A stretch of DNA of 64,000 nt from positions 1-64,000 of the IMG/VR virus record IMGVR_UViG_3300025789_000028; one strand, written 5' to 3'. Shown here in pieces: positions 49,591 through 59,017 of this stretch; within the stretch, counting starts at the first letter, position 1; every line of letters begins with the position of its first letter. The DNA is from a virus. The translations under genes and the position numbers were made by a program. Below the pieces are notes generated by a model. That model was given only the letters and a program-made list of their open reading frames with translations. It had not been told where the DNA came from and made no database searches.

Positions 49591-49603
49591 GTAAAAACCT
49601 ACT

Positions 49604-50239
49604 GTGAGATTAAACGAATTTGACTGTACTGGTGAAAAGCCAATAACTGTTTTTTATACGGATGACTCAAACGGCGGAGGTATGACTTTTGCTCAAGACT
49701 TCATACCCACTATAAAAAGATTGTACCCGAACAGAAAATTTGGTAAAGCATTTGACTGGTGTTCTGGAGCAGGATTCATAGGTTTTTCTTTACTATCGCA
49801 CGGGCTATGTGATAGTTTATGTTTAAATGATTTGTTTAGTCCCGATATATATGCAATAAAACAAACCATTGAACACCCAAGTAATAAATTTACAGATAAT
49901 GTTTCTGTTTATTTGTTGAATGATATAGCAAATTTACCAATCAAAGAAATGTTTGATTTAGTGGTGGCAAATCCTCCTCACTATAAATCTTATATTAGTA
50001 CCGGGCATAATTGGAATAGAATAGGTACTGATTTAGATTGGAAAGCGCATAAAAGTTTTTTTAAAAGTATCAAGTCGCACCTAAATCCCAATGCAGTTAT
50101 ATTATTATTGGAAAGCATAGATGATTCTTCAATAAAAGAATTTGAACCTATGATCAATGATGCGGGATTAAGAATAGTAAATATCCATGATAGCACAGGT
50201 GGGTTGTGTTTCATTGAGATACAGGAAAGCCCCAATTAA
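49604..50239 (+). CDS. class I SAM methyltransferase (NPPH motif)
   Basis: DWCSGAGFIG; FDLVVANPPH. Confidence 0.85.
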   Translation: MRLNEFDCTGEKPITVFYTDDSNGGGMTFAQDFIPTIKRLYPNRKFGKAFDWCSGAGFIGFSLLSHGLCDSLCLNDLFSPDIYAIKQTIEHPSNKFTDNVSVYLLNDIANLPIKEMFDLVVANPPHYKSYISTGHNWNRIGTDLDWKAHKSFFKSIKSHLNPNAVILLLESIDDSSIKEFEPMINDAGLRIVNIHDSTGGLCFIEIQESPN

Positions 50240-50248
50240 GGGGCCTTA
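50227..50248. terminator. hairpin between convergent genes
   Basis: GCCCC-AATTAA-GGGGC. Confidence 0.55.
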
Positions 50249-50265
50249 CTATTTGCAACATTAAT

Positions 50266-50646
50266 TTAGAATGGTGCGGGTTCGGTAGCTTTAAGAATAT
50301 CTTCAACTGTAGTTGTTGCCTTCTTAGCACGAGCCTTGATAGCTTCCATGCTGGGCTTAGCCTTAGACTTAACTTTAACAGTACCTTTGTTTGCTTCTTT
50401 GACACGATCCTCAATAGCATCGTTAATGGTTGCTTGATCTTCGGCTGAAGCAAATTCAGCACATGTCAACATGTGTTTAAGAGCCTCGATCTTAGTCATC
50501 TCACTGGGCAATTCAATAAATTCACAACGAGTAGCCCCGCCCTTTGTGAATTGCTTAACACGTCGGACCATGTCATCAGTAAAACGAACCTTCGCATTAC
50601 CATTGTGAACAGTGATACCAACAACCTTAAACGTCTGTGCAGTCAT
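50266..50646 (-). CDS. hypothetical protein
   Basis: GGAG RBS; TTGACAATAAAT promoter at 50726. Confidence 0.8.
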   Translation of the reverse strand: MTAQTFKVVGITVHNGNAKVRFTDDMVRRVKQFTKGGATRCEFIELPSEMTKIEALKHMLTCAEFASAEDQATINDAIEDRVKEANKGTVKVKSKAKPSMEAIKARAKKATTTVEDILKATEPAPF

Positions 50647-50746
50647 AAAATAAAATCTCCAAGAGAGTTAAACAAATGTGCGATATTGCACGATATAATG
50701 ATAACAGAAACGGAATTTATTGTCAACCACTTCTGTTACCAAAATC

Positions 50747-50893
50747 TTAAATAAGATTAGCCGATTCGCTAATCATGCTTGAGCCGTACATAGCACGGGC
50801 CATTTGATATGCTTGATGGGGGTTGGGAGCCTGAATAGTGATTCGCATGGTACCACCGGCATCATTTCGAACAAGCATCCAATAAGTATACAT
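50747..50893 (-). CDS. 48-aa microprotein
   Basis: GAGG RBS; ITIQAPNPHQAYQMARAMYG. Confidence 0.65.
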   Translation of the reverse strand: MYTYWMLVRNDAGGTMRITIQAPNPHQAYQMARAMYGSSMISESANLI

Positions 50894-51024
50894 GATATTT
50901 CCTCAAGCAGTCAAATAAATTACGTAGATACCAAACAGAAAAAGAATAACAAATGTCAACAATTCTAATTCTGAAATATGAGTATACACCCAAACTTTTA
51001 ATTTGTCAAGCATTTTTTTACCTT

Positions 51025-51450
51025 TTATGCAACAATGTAGGGCTTGTTCCAAGAACCAATGTTGATGTCAACATAGTATGCGGTGTGAAAATAATCCACT
51101 TGTGCATCAGATTCATCGAACCAGTCGGCCGACTTCAATGCCTTCATAGCTTCAGTCAAGAATTCTTTAGCAACACCCGAATAATGTTCATGGAACCAGT
51201 AAGGGTTAATATCCATCGATTGATTCTTGCGAATGTATTCAATTTGATCGGCACGCAACTTGTTGCCATAAATTGTGTTCTTATCGGTTTCGATATAGTT
51301 TTCAATGAAATCAATTGCACCGCTCTTGATGTTCAATGAAATTGTAGAATGATTGCGAACACTAAGGGTACCTTTAACCTTGTACTTTGCAAGAATGGGT
51401 TTCAATGCGATTGCAATCTTAGCCTTTTTGTCTTGATTCATATAAGCCAT
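51025..51450 (-). CDS. early conserved hypothetical protein
   Basis: WFDESDAQVDYFHTAYY..IG.W.KPY. Confidence 0.85.
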   Translation of the reverse strand: MAYMNQDKKAKIAIALKPILAKYKVKGTLSVRNHSTISLNIKSGAIDFIENYIETDKNTIYGNKLRADQIEYIRKNQSMDINPYWFHEHYSGVAKEFLTEAMKALKSADWFDESDAQVDYFHTAYYVDINIGSWNKPYIVA

Positions 51451-51457
51451 TTGTTAA

Positions 51458-51511
51458 CTCCTTTTAATCATTCAATACAAGTATTATATCGCCAAACCGA
51501 TTTATTGTCAA
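51458..51511 (-). promoter_or_regulatory. early promoter+RBS cassette
   Basis: TTGACAATAAATCGGTTTGGCGATATAATACTTGTATTGAATGATTAAAAGGAG. Confidence 0.85.
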
Positions 51512-51516
51512 CCTTT

Positions 51517-51681
51517 TTACTTATTCTTTTCCGATTCTTCAGCCATTTTGCTGATGCCGAGGATCATGACAATAATACCAATAAAACTGAACAGCAAAAT
51601 TTGTGTAACGGTGAGACCTGCATTGTCACTGCCACTAGCAGTAACAAAAAGAATAAAAAATCCAACTAGAAATAACGGCAT
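51517..51681 (-). CDS. small 2-TM protein
   Basis: Behind cassette at 51740. Confidence 0.7.
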   Translation of the reverse strand: MPLFLVGFFILFVTASGSDNAGLTVTQILLFSFIGIIVMILGISKMAEESEKNK

Positions 51682-51711
51682 AGTATACCTTTCAATCAAT
51701 TTATAAGATAT

Positions 51712-51740
51712 ATTATATAGCCAAATTGATTTATTGTCAA
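51712..51740 (-). promoter_or_regulatory. early promoter
   Basis: TTGACAATAAATCAATTTGGCTATATAAT. Confidence 0.8.
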
Positions 51741-51889
51741 GCCAAATCTATTGGTTTTTTGTGCTTGGGCTTGCGTTTGTAAGCAAGTTTGTTTTCAACA
51801 ATTTTGGGCTTAAAGGGGCTGTTGTTGTCAAACAACATTTTATGTGCCCTATGTTTGGGGCGTTCTATCTTAAATGATAAAGTTTTCAT
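51737..51889 (-). CDS. ArfA-like basic microprotein (not in ORF track)
   Basis: 50 aa; MLFDNNSPFKPKIVENKLAYKRKPKH resembles ArfA [16 protein letters not shown].KH; promoter at 51927. Confidence 0.5.
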   Translation of the reverse strand: MKTLSFKIERPKHRAHKMLFDNNSPFKPKIVENKLAYKRKPKHKKPIDLA

Positions 51890-51913
51890 AATACCCTTAT
51901 TGTATACCCAAAT

Positions 51914-52135
51914 TTATTTTTTGTCAACCTTTTTAAATTCTTTGTTGACGTAATATTTAATCAATTCACGTTGCATCATGGTGATCAAGTCGCCATGATC
52001 GTTGTCAATGACAAACCGTACAGGGCAATCACCCCATGACCTAGATTCATTAAAACGTGCGAACCACTGCCGATGGTCTTTGTTAGATGGATTGAACACT
52101 ACGTAGGGTCGACCATAAAGAGCAAGTTTAGACAT
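51914..52135 (-). CDS. hypothetical protein
   Basis: F.P.NK.HR..SWG.CPVRF. Confidence 0.8.
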   Translation of the reverse strand: MSKLALYGRPYVVFNPSNKDHRQWFARFNESRSWGDCPVRFVIDNDHGDLITMMQRELIKYYVNKEFKKVDKK

Positions 52136-52143
52136 ATGTATCC

Positions 52144-52449
52144 TTAAATTTTAAATGAAACGTTTTTGACAGATTTAATTGTAAAACTACGCCACTCATT
52201 CTTTTCCAAGTCAAACACACGCATACTGGTAGTACTTTCCTTGCGAGGTGTTGCATCTTCTTTTAGTTCTACTTTTGGTAGTTTGCTTTCTTCAAGTGTG
52301 CATTCCATAACACGTTCAGTACCATCCTTCTTAGTAAAGGTTACCGTTGCTGGGCCTACCTTTAACATTGACTTAAGCCATGGACCAAACTGTTCCCAAT
52401 CACTATCAGTCATGTTTGGTTTTAGTTGAGGATTTTCACTTACTTTCAT
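52144..52449 (-). CDS. WYL_2/SH3-like beta-barrel protein
   Basis: VTFTKKDGTERVM.CTL; VFDLEK.EWRSF. Confidence 0.8.
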   Translation of the reverse strand: MKVSENPQLKPNMTDSDWEQFGPWLKSMLKVGPATVTFTKKDGTERVMECTLEESKLPKVELKEDATPRKESTTSMRVFDLEKNEWRSFTIKSVKNVSFKI

Positions 52450-52894
52450 TTTGCTCACTCCATGTTGTAAAAAAGTTTTTGATTTTTGTTTCTTCATCCC
52501 ACTCACTACCATATTCATTGCGTTCATCACACAATTTCAATGCCTCTTCTTTAGACACCGTACGGTGATTGAGGATAATATCAGTTGGGCGCAAATGCTC
52601 TTGACTGAATTCTTTTGCTTGTTCCATTGTTACTGTGTCTAATGCATACTCAGTTTTACCTGCAGGCACTTCAACCATGTATGTAACTTTGAATTGACTT
52701 AGTGCTTCAACCAATACCCATTCTGTTTTTTCTTTTTTAGTCAAACTATAACTCCCATCACCGAGGTCTGTCCAAACAATATCGTCTCCTTCAGCCCATC
52801 CTGTTTCTTTTAAAAGATCATCAGGAAATTGAATGATTGCATCTCCTGTTTTAGGATCTTCCTCTACATCTAGTGTCCAAGATTTTTTACTCAT
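52436..52894 (-). CDS. AbrB/MazE-like N-terminal domain protein
   Basis: FP.DLL.E.GW.EGD. Confidence 0.75.
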   Translation of the reverse strand: MSKKSWTLDVEEDPKTGDAIIQFPDDLLKETGWAEGDDIVWTDLGDGSYSLTKKEKTEWVLVEALSQFKVTYMVEVPAGKTEYALDTVTMEQAKEFSQEHLRPTDIILNHRTVSKEEALKLCDERNEYGSEWDEETKIKNFFTTWSEQNESK

Positions 52895-53190
52895 TGTGTT
52901 AGCATCCTAAATAAACCAATGCTGTCAATAGTTACTAAAAGGCCGTAGTTAGCCAACATGCCAAACGATTTCCTGCTATAAGCGCACCAACCGTACATAG
53001 CACAACCAGTAATCCACACAGGATAAAGAATAATGAGAGGGGGATTGGGTGCAGTGGCGGCCATCGTAATACTACAGCCAACGCTGATACCCCAAGCCAA
53101 TACTTCGACAAAAAACCTAAACGGATGCGTTTTGTAATCATCTTTAATCCAGCTAAAAATTCCATATAATAAATCATTCATGTTTGTCAA
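52891..53190 (-). CDS. membrane protein
   Basis: 3 hydrophobic segments. Confidence 0.8.
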   Translation of the reverse strand: MTNMNDLLYGIFSWIKDDYKTHPFRFFVEVLAWGISVGCSITMAATAPNPPLIILYPVWITGCAMYGWCAYSRKSFGMLANYGLLVTIDSIGLFRMLTQ

Positions 53191-53692
53191 TCATTGTTTG
53201 TAGAATATCTTCTACAAGTTGGTTTACTGTGATATCACGTTTGTGAGCCTCTTTAAACAAATCCAACAATAAATCATCTTCAAGGTCTAATTCAATTTGA
53301 ACACGGTTGTCAAATGTTTTGCCGTTCATAATAGCCCTAGCCTTTTCAAAAAAATCTTGTTTAACTTCAAGGTCTACAAACTCAACATCATCATAGGCAA
53401 CACGATATTTGTGATTGCGTTCTACAGCTTCCTTTAAATATGCGTCAAAGTATTCAACATTGAACCAACGATAGGGTCTAGATTTAGAATCACCTAACTC
53501 TCTTACCCACACTTCTGCCTCATATACTGTTTGATCCAATGTGTCAAAAACAATACTACCGCTACCGTATTCAGTTTCAAATTCTAAAAAACGTGCGTGA
53601 TCACCATAGCAGTGCCATAGATAATCTGCGCCACCGGTAATCTTGTATTCAAATGCTTCAATAACTTCTTGTAGGGTCATGCTATGCTCCAA
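53174..53692 (-). CDS. hypothetical protein
   Basis: C-terminal AH.RDIT.NQ.VE (RHH-like). Confidence 0.8.
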   Translation of the reverse strand: MEHSMTLQEVIEAFEYKITGGADYLWHCYGDHARFLEFETEYGSGSIVFDTLDQTVYEAEVWVRELGDSKSRPYRWFNVEYFDAYLKEAVERNHKYRVAYDDVEFVDLEVKQDFFEKARAIMNGKTFDNRVQIELDLEDDLLLDLFKEAHKRDITVNQLVEDILQTMIDKHE

Positions 53693-53741
53693 TTAATATG
53701 TACAGTATACTATGGGTTTGATTTTAGCACAATAGAAACGG

Positions 53742-54344
53742 TCACATTGTAGGACCGTTTCCATTCTTAAAGCCCACAGTTCCACCTTCTGCCTCGATGC
53801 GCTTGATCACATCCTCAAATAAGATGGGCGTAAAGTCGGTTTGTTCCACGCATACGCAATGATAACGTGTGTCAATTTCATCACTATATAAGATAGAACC
53901 AGTTTTAGCATCTACACCACGTGCCTTCTTTACACGACCACTGTGTAAGTGACCATGGATGTTGACACCAAAACGCCCTAAACTTGCCTCATGTAATGGG
54001 ATATGACTTAAAATCATACCGTTCATGACATGATAGGCACGTAATTCACGGAAGTGTTCACGATATTCCTCATCACGGAAGATATCATGGTTACCGCGGA
54101 TTAAGACCTTGTCACCGTTTAATCTGTGCAAGATGCTTAATGACTTGCGGTTGATAACAACATCGCCTAAGTGATAAACTTTATCGTTAGGCCTAACTCG
54201 GTCGTTCCAACGCTTGACCATTTCTTCATCCATTTCATCTGGATCAGTCCATGGCCTAATCTTAGTGACTCCGTCACTTTCTGTGAATTTACACACTCCG
54301 GCATGACCGAAATGTGTGTCACTTGTTAAAAATACACTTGGCAT
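53742..54344 (-). CDS. metallophosphoesterase
   Basis: SDTHFGH, HLGD, GNHD, HGHLH. Confidence 0.92.
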   Translation of the reverse strand: MPSVFLTSDTHFGHAGVCKFTESDGVTKIRPWTDPDEMDEEMVKRWNDRVRPNDKVYHLGDVVINRKSLSILHRLNGDKVLIRGNHDIFRDEEYREHFRELRAYHVMNGMILSHIPLHEASLGRFGVNIHGHLHSGRVKKARGVDAKTGSILYSDEIDTRYHCVCVEQTDFTPILFEDVIKRIEAEGGTVGFKNGNGPTM

Positions 54345-54347
54345 ATT

Positions 54348-54689
54348 TTATCCTTTCTTGCAAAATGTGTTAAGTGCAGGCTTCAATGTGTTGATTAAAT
54401 ACGTTTCACGCTGATGAGCCTCAGCCTTACCACGTACAACTTCAACGATACTATAGGTAAACGATTCAACGCCATGCTCTCTAATAGAACGGCTCAAGCC
54501 CCAATCCTTATCCTCAGCATACGCACGTTGAATGTGCTTTTGAACTCTACGGTGTGCTGTACGACGGGCATTACCTCCGTAACTCAATACAGTTAATCCA
54601 ATGTACTCTTGACCGGTCACGATATTACGCAACAAGTAAATTACTTGATTACGATCTGACCTACGTTTACGTGTACTTTTCGAATTCAT
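54348..54689 (-). CDS. GIY-YIG-like nuclease
   Basis: VIY..N..TG..YIG.T; R..H; E..LI..P.LN; promoter TTGACT-17-TATAAT at 54724. Confidence 0.75.
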   Translation of the reverse strand: MNSKSTRKRRSDRNQVIYLLRNIVTGQEYIGLTVLSYGGNARRTAHRRVQKHIQRAYAEDKDWGLSRSIREHGVESFTYSIVEVVRGKAEAHQRETYLINTLKPALNTFCKKG

Positions 54690-54773
54690 ACATGTATTAT
54701 ATGCCCAAAACCATTTAAAGTCAACCTACTTTTGTTGTTTTTTTGCAACAATTTTCTCGCTATAAATATCAGT

Positions 54774-55409
54774 ATGGCATCATTAACCGATTTTATCACG
54801 CATTGGGGAGAAATAGTTGAACTAGATTTTCCTAAAATGGATTTGAATAAAGTAAAAGACATACTAGACAAGCATCCAGGTTGGAAATATTATCAGCCAC
54901 ATAAACCGGGATATAATCGTTATGGATTAAGTGTTACCAGTTTAGATGGCAATTTCTCAGGGGAACCTGATTTATTTAGTTTACGTGAATATCAAAAGAT
55001 GACAGGTAAATCATATAATGAAATTGATTTTAAAAACAGAACTAACTTAGTACAGTTTATTCCTGAATTAAATGATTTTCTAGATTTTTGGGAACCCAAT
55101 TTAGGTCGTACACATTTCTTAAGATTAGATAAAGGTGGATTCTTTCCACCGCATCGTGATAATGGTGCAATAGTTAATGTACCTACATTTAGAATATTAG
55201 TACCTATATATAATTTTGGTATTAATGATATGAAATGGATTCAGGAAGAGAAAGTAATTCGGTTTGATTTAGGTGCTACTTACTTTGTTAATACTAGTAG
55301 ACTACATAGTCTATTCAGTTTTGTTGACAATTGTTTAATGCTCGTATTAAATGTAAATGTCAATGATTATATTTTAGATAAAATGGTTAAGAAAATTGTC
55401 GCACTTTAA
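54774..55409 (+). CDS. Asp/Asn beta-hydroxylase-like 2OG-Fe(II) oxygenase
   Basis: PPHRD..NT...HS; TATAAATA 5 nt upstream. Confidence 0.75.
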   Translation: MASLTDFITHWGEIVELDFPKMDLNKVKDILDKHPGWKYYQPHKPGYNRYGLSVTSLDGNFSGEPDLFSLREYQKMTGKSYNEIDFKNRTNLVQFIPELNDFLDFWEPNLGRTHFLRLDKGGFFPPHRDNGAIVNVPTFRILVPIYNFGINDMKWIQEEKVIRFDLGATYFVNTSRLHSLFSFVDNCLMLVLNVNVNDYILDKMVKKIVAL

Positions 55410-56376
55410 AGCATTTTATAATGACTGGTTAGATTGTTCAGGCTTAATCAATGGCACCGACGTAGATCATATAGTCAATCTTGATCCTGAGTTTTTTACT
55501 AACTTAAAATTTGATAATGAATCATTAAGACAATATCGCATAGATGCGGCTATTAAATGTAGTGAAACACTAGGAGATAATCCTGCATTATGTTTAAGTG
55601 GGGGCATAGATAGTCAAGCAATGGTACAAGCATGGCATGAGGCTAACTTAAAATTTACAACTGTTATAATGGTGTTCAAAGATGGATTAAACAAACAAGA
55701 TAGTGACCATGCTAAAATGTTTTGCGAAAAAAATAACTATCCTTATATAGAATTACCATTTGATATAGTAAACTTTTTATCCAGAGACAATTATTCAACC
55801 AGTGAAAAATACAAATCGATAAGTCCGCATTTCAATACACACTATCGCATGGCAGAATTATTACGTAATATGGGATATACCGGTGTCTGTTGCGGTGGAT
55901 GTACTCCTTATAATGACAAAGGCGGATATGGTTATAATTTTGAAAAGGCTTCGTTTGATTTTATAAGAATACAAGATATTTTAGGTATAGCCTTTCAGGG
56001 TAGTTTTTTAAGTTTTTACCCTGAACTATCTTGGTCAATAGCTTTTCTAACAGACCCCATTGATGCGAATACTGAATTGAATGATACATGGGAAGATTAC
56101 TTATTTTCCAATCATGAACGATATTTAAAAAAAGTAAAATCATATCAACGTGCAGGTTTTGAAATTATCCCTCAGGAAACTAAGTATACTGGTTTTGAAT
56201 TAGTTAAAAAATATTTTGAGAATTTAACGGGCGATGGATGGACATTCGAACGCAAATTTAGAGTCCCCATCGCAGCTAAATTTGATAAAAATCCTCACGT
56301 ATATAAATTTAATCTTAGTGAAAAACAATTAAAAGCAATTCAACTAAGTTATCTCAATGCATTCGGCACGAACTGA
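55396..56376 (+). CDS. asparagine-synthase C-domain-like ATP pyrophosphatase
   Basis: LCLSGGIDS PP-loop; no glutaminase domain. Confidence 0.65.
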   Translation: MSHFKAFYNDWLDCSGLINGTDVDHIVNLDPEFFTNLKFDNESLRQYRIDAAIKCSETLGDNPALCLSGGIDSQAMVQAWHEANLKFTTVIMVFKDGLNKQDSDHAKMFCEKNNYPYIELPFDIVNFLSRDNYSTSEKYKSISPHFNTHYRMAELLRNMGYTGVCCGGCTPYNDKGGYGYNFEKASFDFIRIQDILGIAFQGSFLSFYPELSWSIAFLTDPIDANTELNDTWEDYLFSNHERYLKKVKSYQRAGFEIIPQETKYTGFELVKKYFENLTGDGWTFERKFRVPIAAKFDKNPHVYKFNLSEKQLKAIQLSYLNAFGTN

Positions 56377-57195
56377 TTCTCCCCTTCCAGGATTAGAATA
56401 CAACCTACCACCTAAATAGTTTATATTTTTAACACGTGTGTTTGATGTTATCCAAGTACCATTATTTAAGTGAAATAAGTAGGGTGATACAGTGCAATTA
56501 ACAAATCTAGTATCATTAAAGGGATTTAAATGCGTAACTAGTATAGGACAGTGTTTTAAACTTAATTCCCAATTTTTAACCATGGCTGCTTCGTCTGAAT
56601 GTTTCTTATTTATCCAATCTTGTGTAGCCCAAACAGGTACCAAACCGTGAGACACATCGGATGTGTCATTGGGTTTTTCTTTGAATTCGTTAATGTTTTC
56701 TTTATGCACTTGTAAAGTAGACATTGGATAGTTTTGAAACCAATATGTGTCTTCCCAATCACCGGTGTATCTATGTATTTTAGGAAATCCATAAGTAGTA
56801 AACACACTAACTGTATAACCATTACGCAATTGAATCGGCATTCCGTTTGGATCGGTAGAGTGCTTCCAATGTAGATTTTTAGGCCAATTAACATCATTTT
56901 TCATTCGTAGTAAAATGTTGTCTTCTAGTTCGTTTTCATATTTGCTTATTTCAAAATAGTACATTTCTTCACCCAAATTATACACAAATTGTACGTCAGG
57001 ATGACTTTCTGCTAATGCATAAGCATACATAAAACCTCGTTTTAACCATGCTGTAGAAATGTTACCATTCAGAACTACAATATCGGCTTCAGTCGGTATT
57101 GTGTAAGGTTCATAGGGCTCATTGGGATGATAATTTGTATCACTTATAACATGTAATTTGAAGGGCATTTGATATTTATATACCGGATGATTCAA
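56344..57195 (-). CDS. degenerate metallophosphoesterase
   Basis: ISDTN, NGNI, LGEE, VTH, SNPGRG. Confidence 0.55.
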   Translation of the reverse strand: MNHPVYKYQMPFKLHVISDTNYHPNEPYEPYTIPTEADIVVLNGNISTAWLKRGFMYAYALAESHPDVQFVYNLGEEMYYFEISKYENELEDNILLRMKNDVNWPKNLHWKHSTDPNGMPIQLRNGYTVSVFTTYGFPKIHRYTGDWEDTYWFQNYPMSTLQVHKENINEFKEKPNDTSDVSHGLVPVWATQDWINKKHSDEAAMVKNWELSLKHCPILVTHLNPFNDTRFVNCTVSPYLFHLNNGTWITSNTRVKNINYLGGRLYSNPGRGESVRAECIEIT

Positions 57196-57250
57196 TTTTT
57201 TAATTATTTCTGAAAAAGATAAATACTACATACAACGGAGCATTCATACC

Positions 57251-59014
57251 ATGGATATTAGAGTTAAATTTAACACACTTGACAGTCAGGCAGCATTTGC
57301 AAAAAAATGGGCGGTAGACGTTACACCGGATATGGTCGATCATTTGGACATTTCTTGGCACCTATTGCAACATGCACTTAGTGCTGAAAGTAATGTTACA
57401 GATTTTGTCCAATTAGACACTACCACCGAGCATGAATTTTTAGTATCTAGTGCTGATGGAAACTTTGGTGATTTAGCAATAAGTTCTACACCGATGAAAA
57501 ATATGGCTGGATGGTATCATGTTGTTAGTACCCAAGGTCTTGCATTAGGTAAAATTGTAAAGTCAATTGACATTACTAGTATCCCAATGACATTCTTAGA
57601 TAATGTCAGTACTATTAATAGTATTAATGTAACACCTGCTACTGTTGATCCTACTAGCAGTGCTGGTCAGTGGGCAAGAATTCGTGTTGCTAGTCAATAT
57701 CGTCCATTGCTAACTTCGTTTGCTACACATGACGTTAATTACTTGAGCAAGCCTGAACTATACATTTTAGACTCTGGTATTAATTTTGAGCACCAAGAAC
57801 TTAATTATGACGGCCTTGACAAAGTAAATTTCTACACATTACCCCAATTCAGTGGTAATTTTGCCGACGACATTGGTCACGGCACTGGTGTTGCAAGTAT
57901 GGCGGTAGGTAAGAATTTAGGTATATGTTCTTATGTTAAGTTAATGAATGTTAAAATTGGTGGCATGGTTAACGGAGAACAATATAATGCAAACTTGTTA
58001 GATGTTGGTCAAGCAATCGATGCTATCATGAATGCCATTGTAGCAGATCCTACAGTTACTAGAGTTATTAACATGTCTTGGGGTATTCCTCGTAGTGCAT
58101 GGCTAGATGCTAAAGTGCAATCATTAATAGATGCCGGTGCATTTGTTGTATGTGCGGCTGGTAACGGACATATTGACGTTGATCAAATTTCACCTGCCGG
58201 AATGAACACAGTAATGACAGTTGGTGCAATCGATCAATACGACATTCCAGCCGGTTTCAATAATATTGCACCAAGTGATTCAGGTTTAACAACCAGTATT
58301 GGTTTGGGATTAGATATTTTTGCTCCTGGTGATAACGTAATGGTTGCAGACGGCATTTCAGGTACTACAAGTTATCATGTAACATCTGGTACATCTTTCT
58401 CAGCTCCTTTAGTGTCAGGTGTTGCGTGTGTAATTGCATCAATGAATTCAAATCCATTGTTTTATTCTGACTTAGTTAAATTAATTGTTAACACTGCCAC
58501 TGAACATGCATTACTATTTGAAGATTCATCGTTCTCAGAAAATCAAAATAGACTAGTTTATTTGGCTACCGCAGATATGGCAGCATCATACAAAGAAACT
58601 AATGCTGTTAGTTATTTGGGTGTCCACGATAAAGAAGATGTTATTGTTGCTGACATTAACTCAAACTTAGACACATCACAAATTGAAAAATTAGCTCCTA
58701 CTGATCCTGTAGTTTTTTCTGTAGAAATGGCTGATGATTCTAAAGACTATGCACAATTTTTAGTTTGCGATCCTGTTACAGGTGTTATTACTATTACAAA
58801 ACCTAATCTTCAATTGCCAGAAGAAACCCGTTTAAAAATGGTAAACTTTATCGGAGTTGCAAAGAATTCATCTATTACTATGAAAACAAATATCTTGTTC
58901 TTCTTTGTTAATAATCCATTATACAAAGACACATTAGAATCTGATATTACATTGGCACTTACTGACGTTAACAGTATCAGTTTCTTCGCTACTTGGAAAC
59001 AAAGTATCAAGTAA
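57251..59014 (+). CDS. S8 subtilase with prodomain and C-terminal beta domain
   Basis: LDSG, HGT.VA, AAGN, SGTS.SAP catalytic motifs. Confidence 0.92.
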   Translation: MDIRVKFNTLDSQAAFAKKWAVDVTPDMVDHLDISWHLLQHALSAESNVTDFVQLDTTTEHEFLVSSADGNFGDLAISSTPMKNMAGWYHVVSTQGLALGKIVKSIDITSIPMTFLDNVSTINSINVTPATVDPTSSAGQWARIRVASQYRPLLTSFATHDVNYLSKPELYILDSGINFEHQELNYDGLDKVNFYTLPQFSGNFADDIGHGTGVASMAVGKNLGICSYVKLMNVKIGGMVNGEQYNANLLDVGQAIDAIMNAIVADPTVTRVINMSWGIPRSAWLDAKVQSLIDAGAFVVCAAGNGHIDVDQISPAGMNTVMTVGAIDQYDIPAGFNNIAPSDSGLTTSIGLGLDIFAPGDNVMVADGISGTTSYHVTSGTSFSAPLVSGVACVIASMNSNPLFYSDLVKLIVNTATEHALLFEDSSFSENQNRLVYLATADMAASYKETNAVSYLGVHDKEDVIVADINSNLDTSQIEKLAPTDPVVFSVEMADDSKDYAQFLVCDPVTGVITITKPNLQLPEETRLKMVNFIGVAKNSSITMKTNILFFFVNNPLYKDTLESDITLALTDVNSISFFATWKQSIK

Positions 59015-59017
59015 TAT

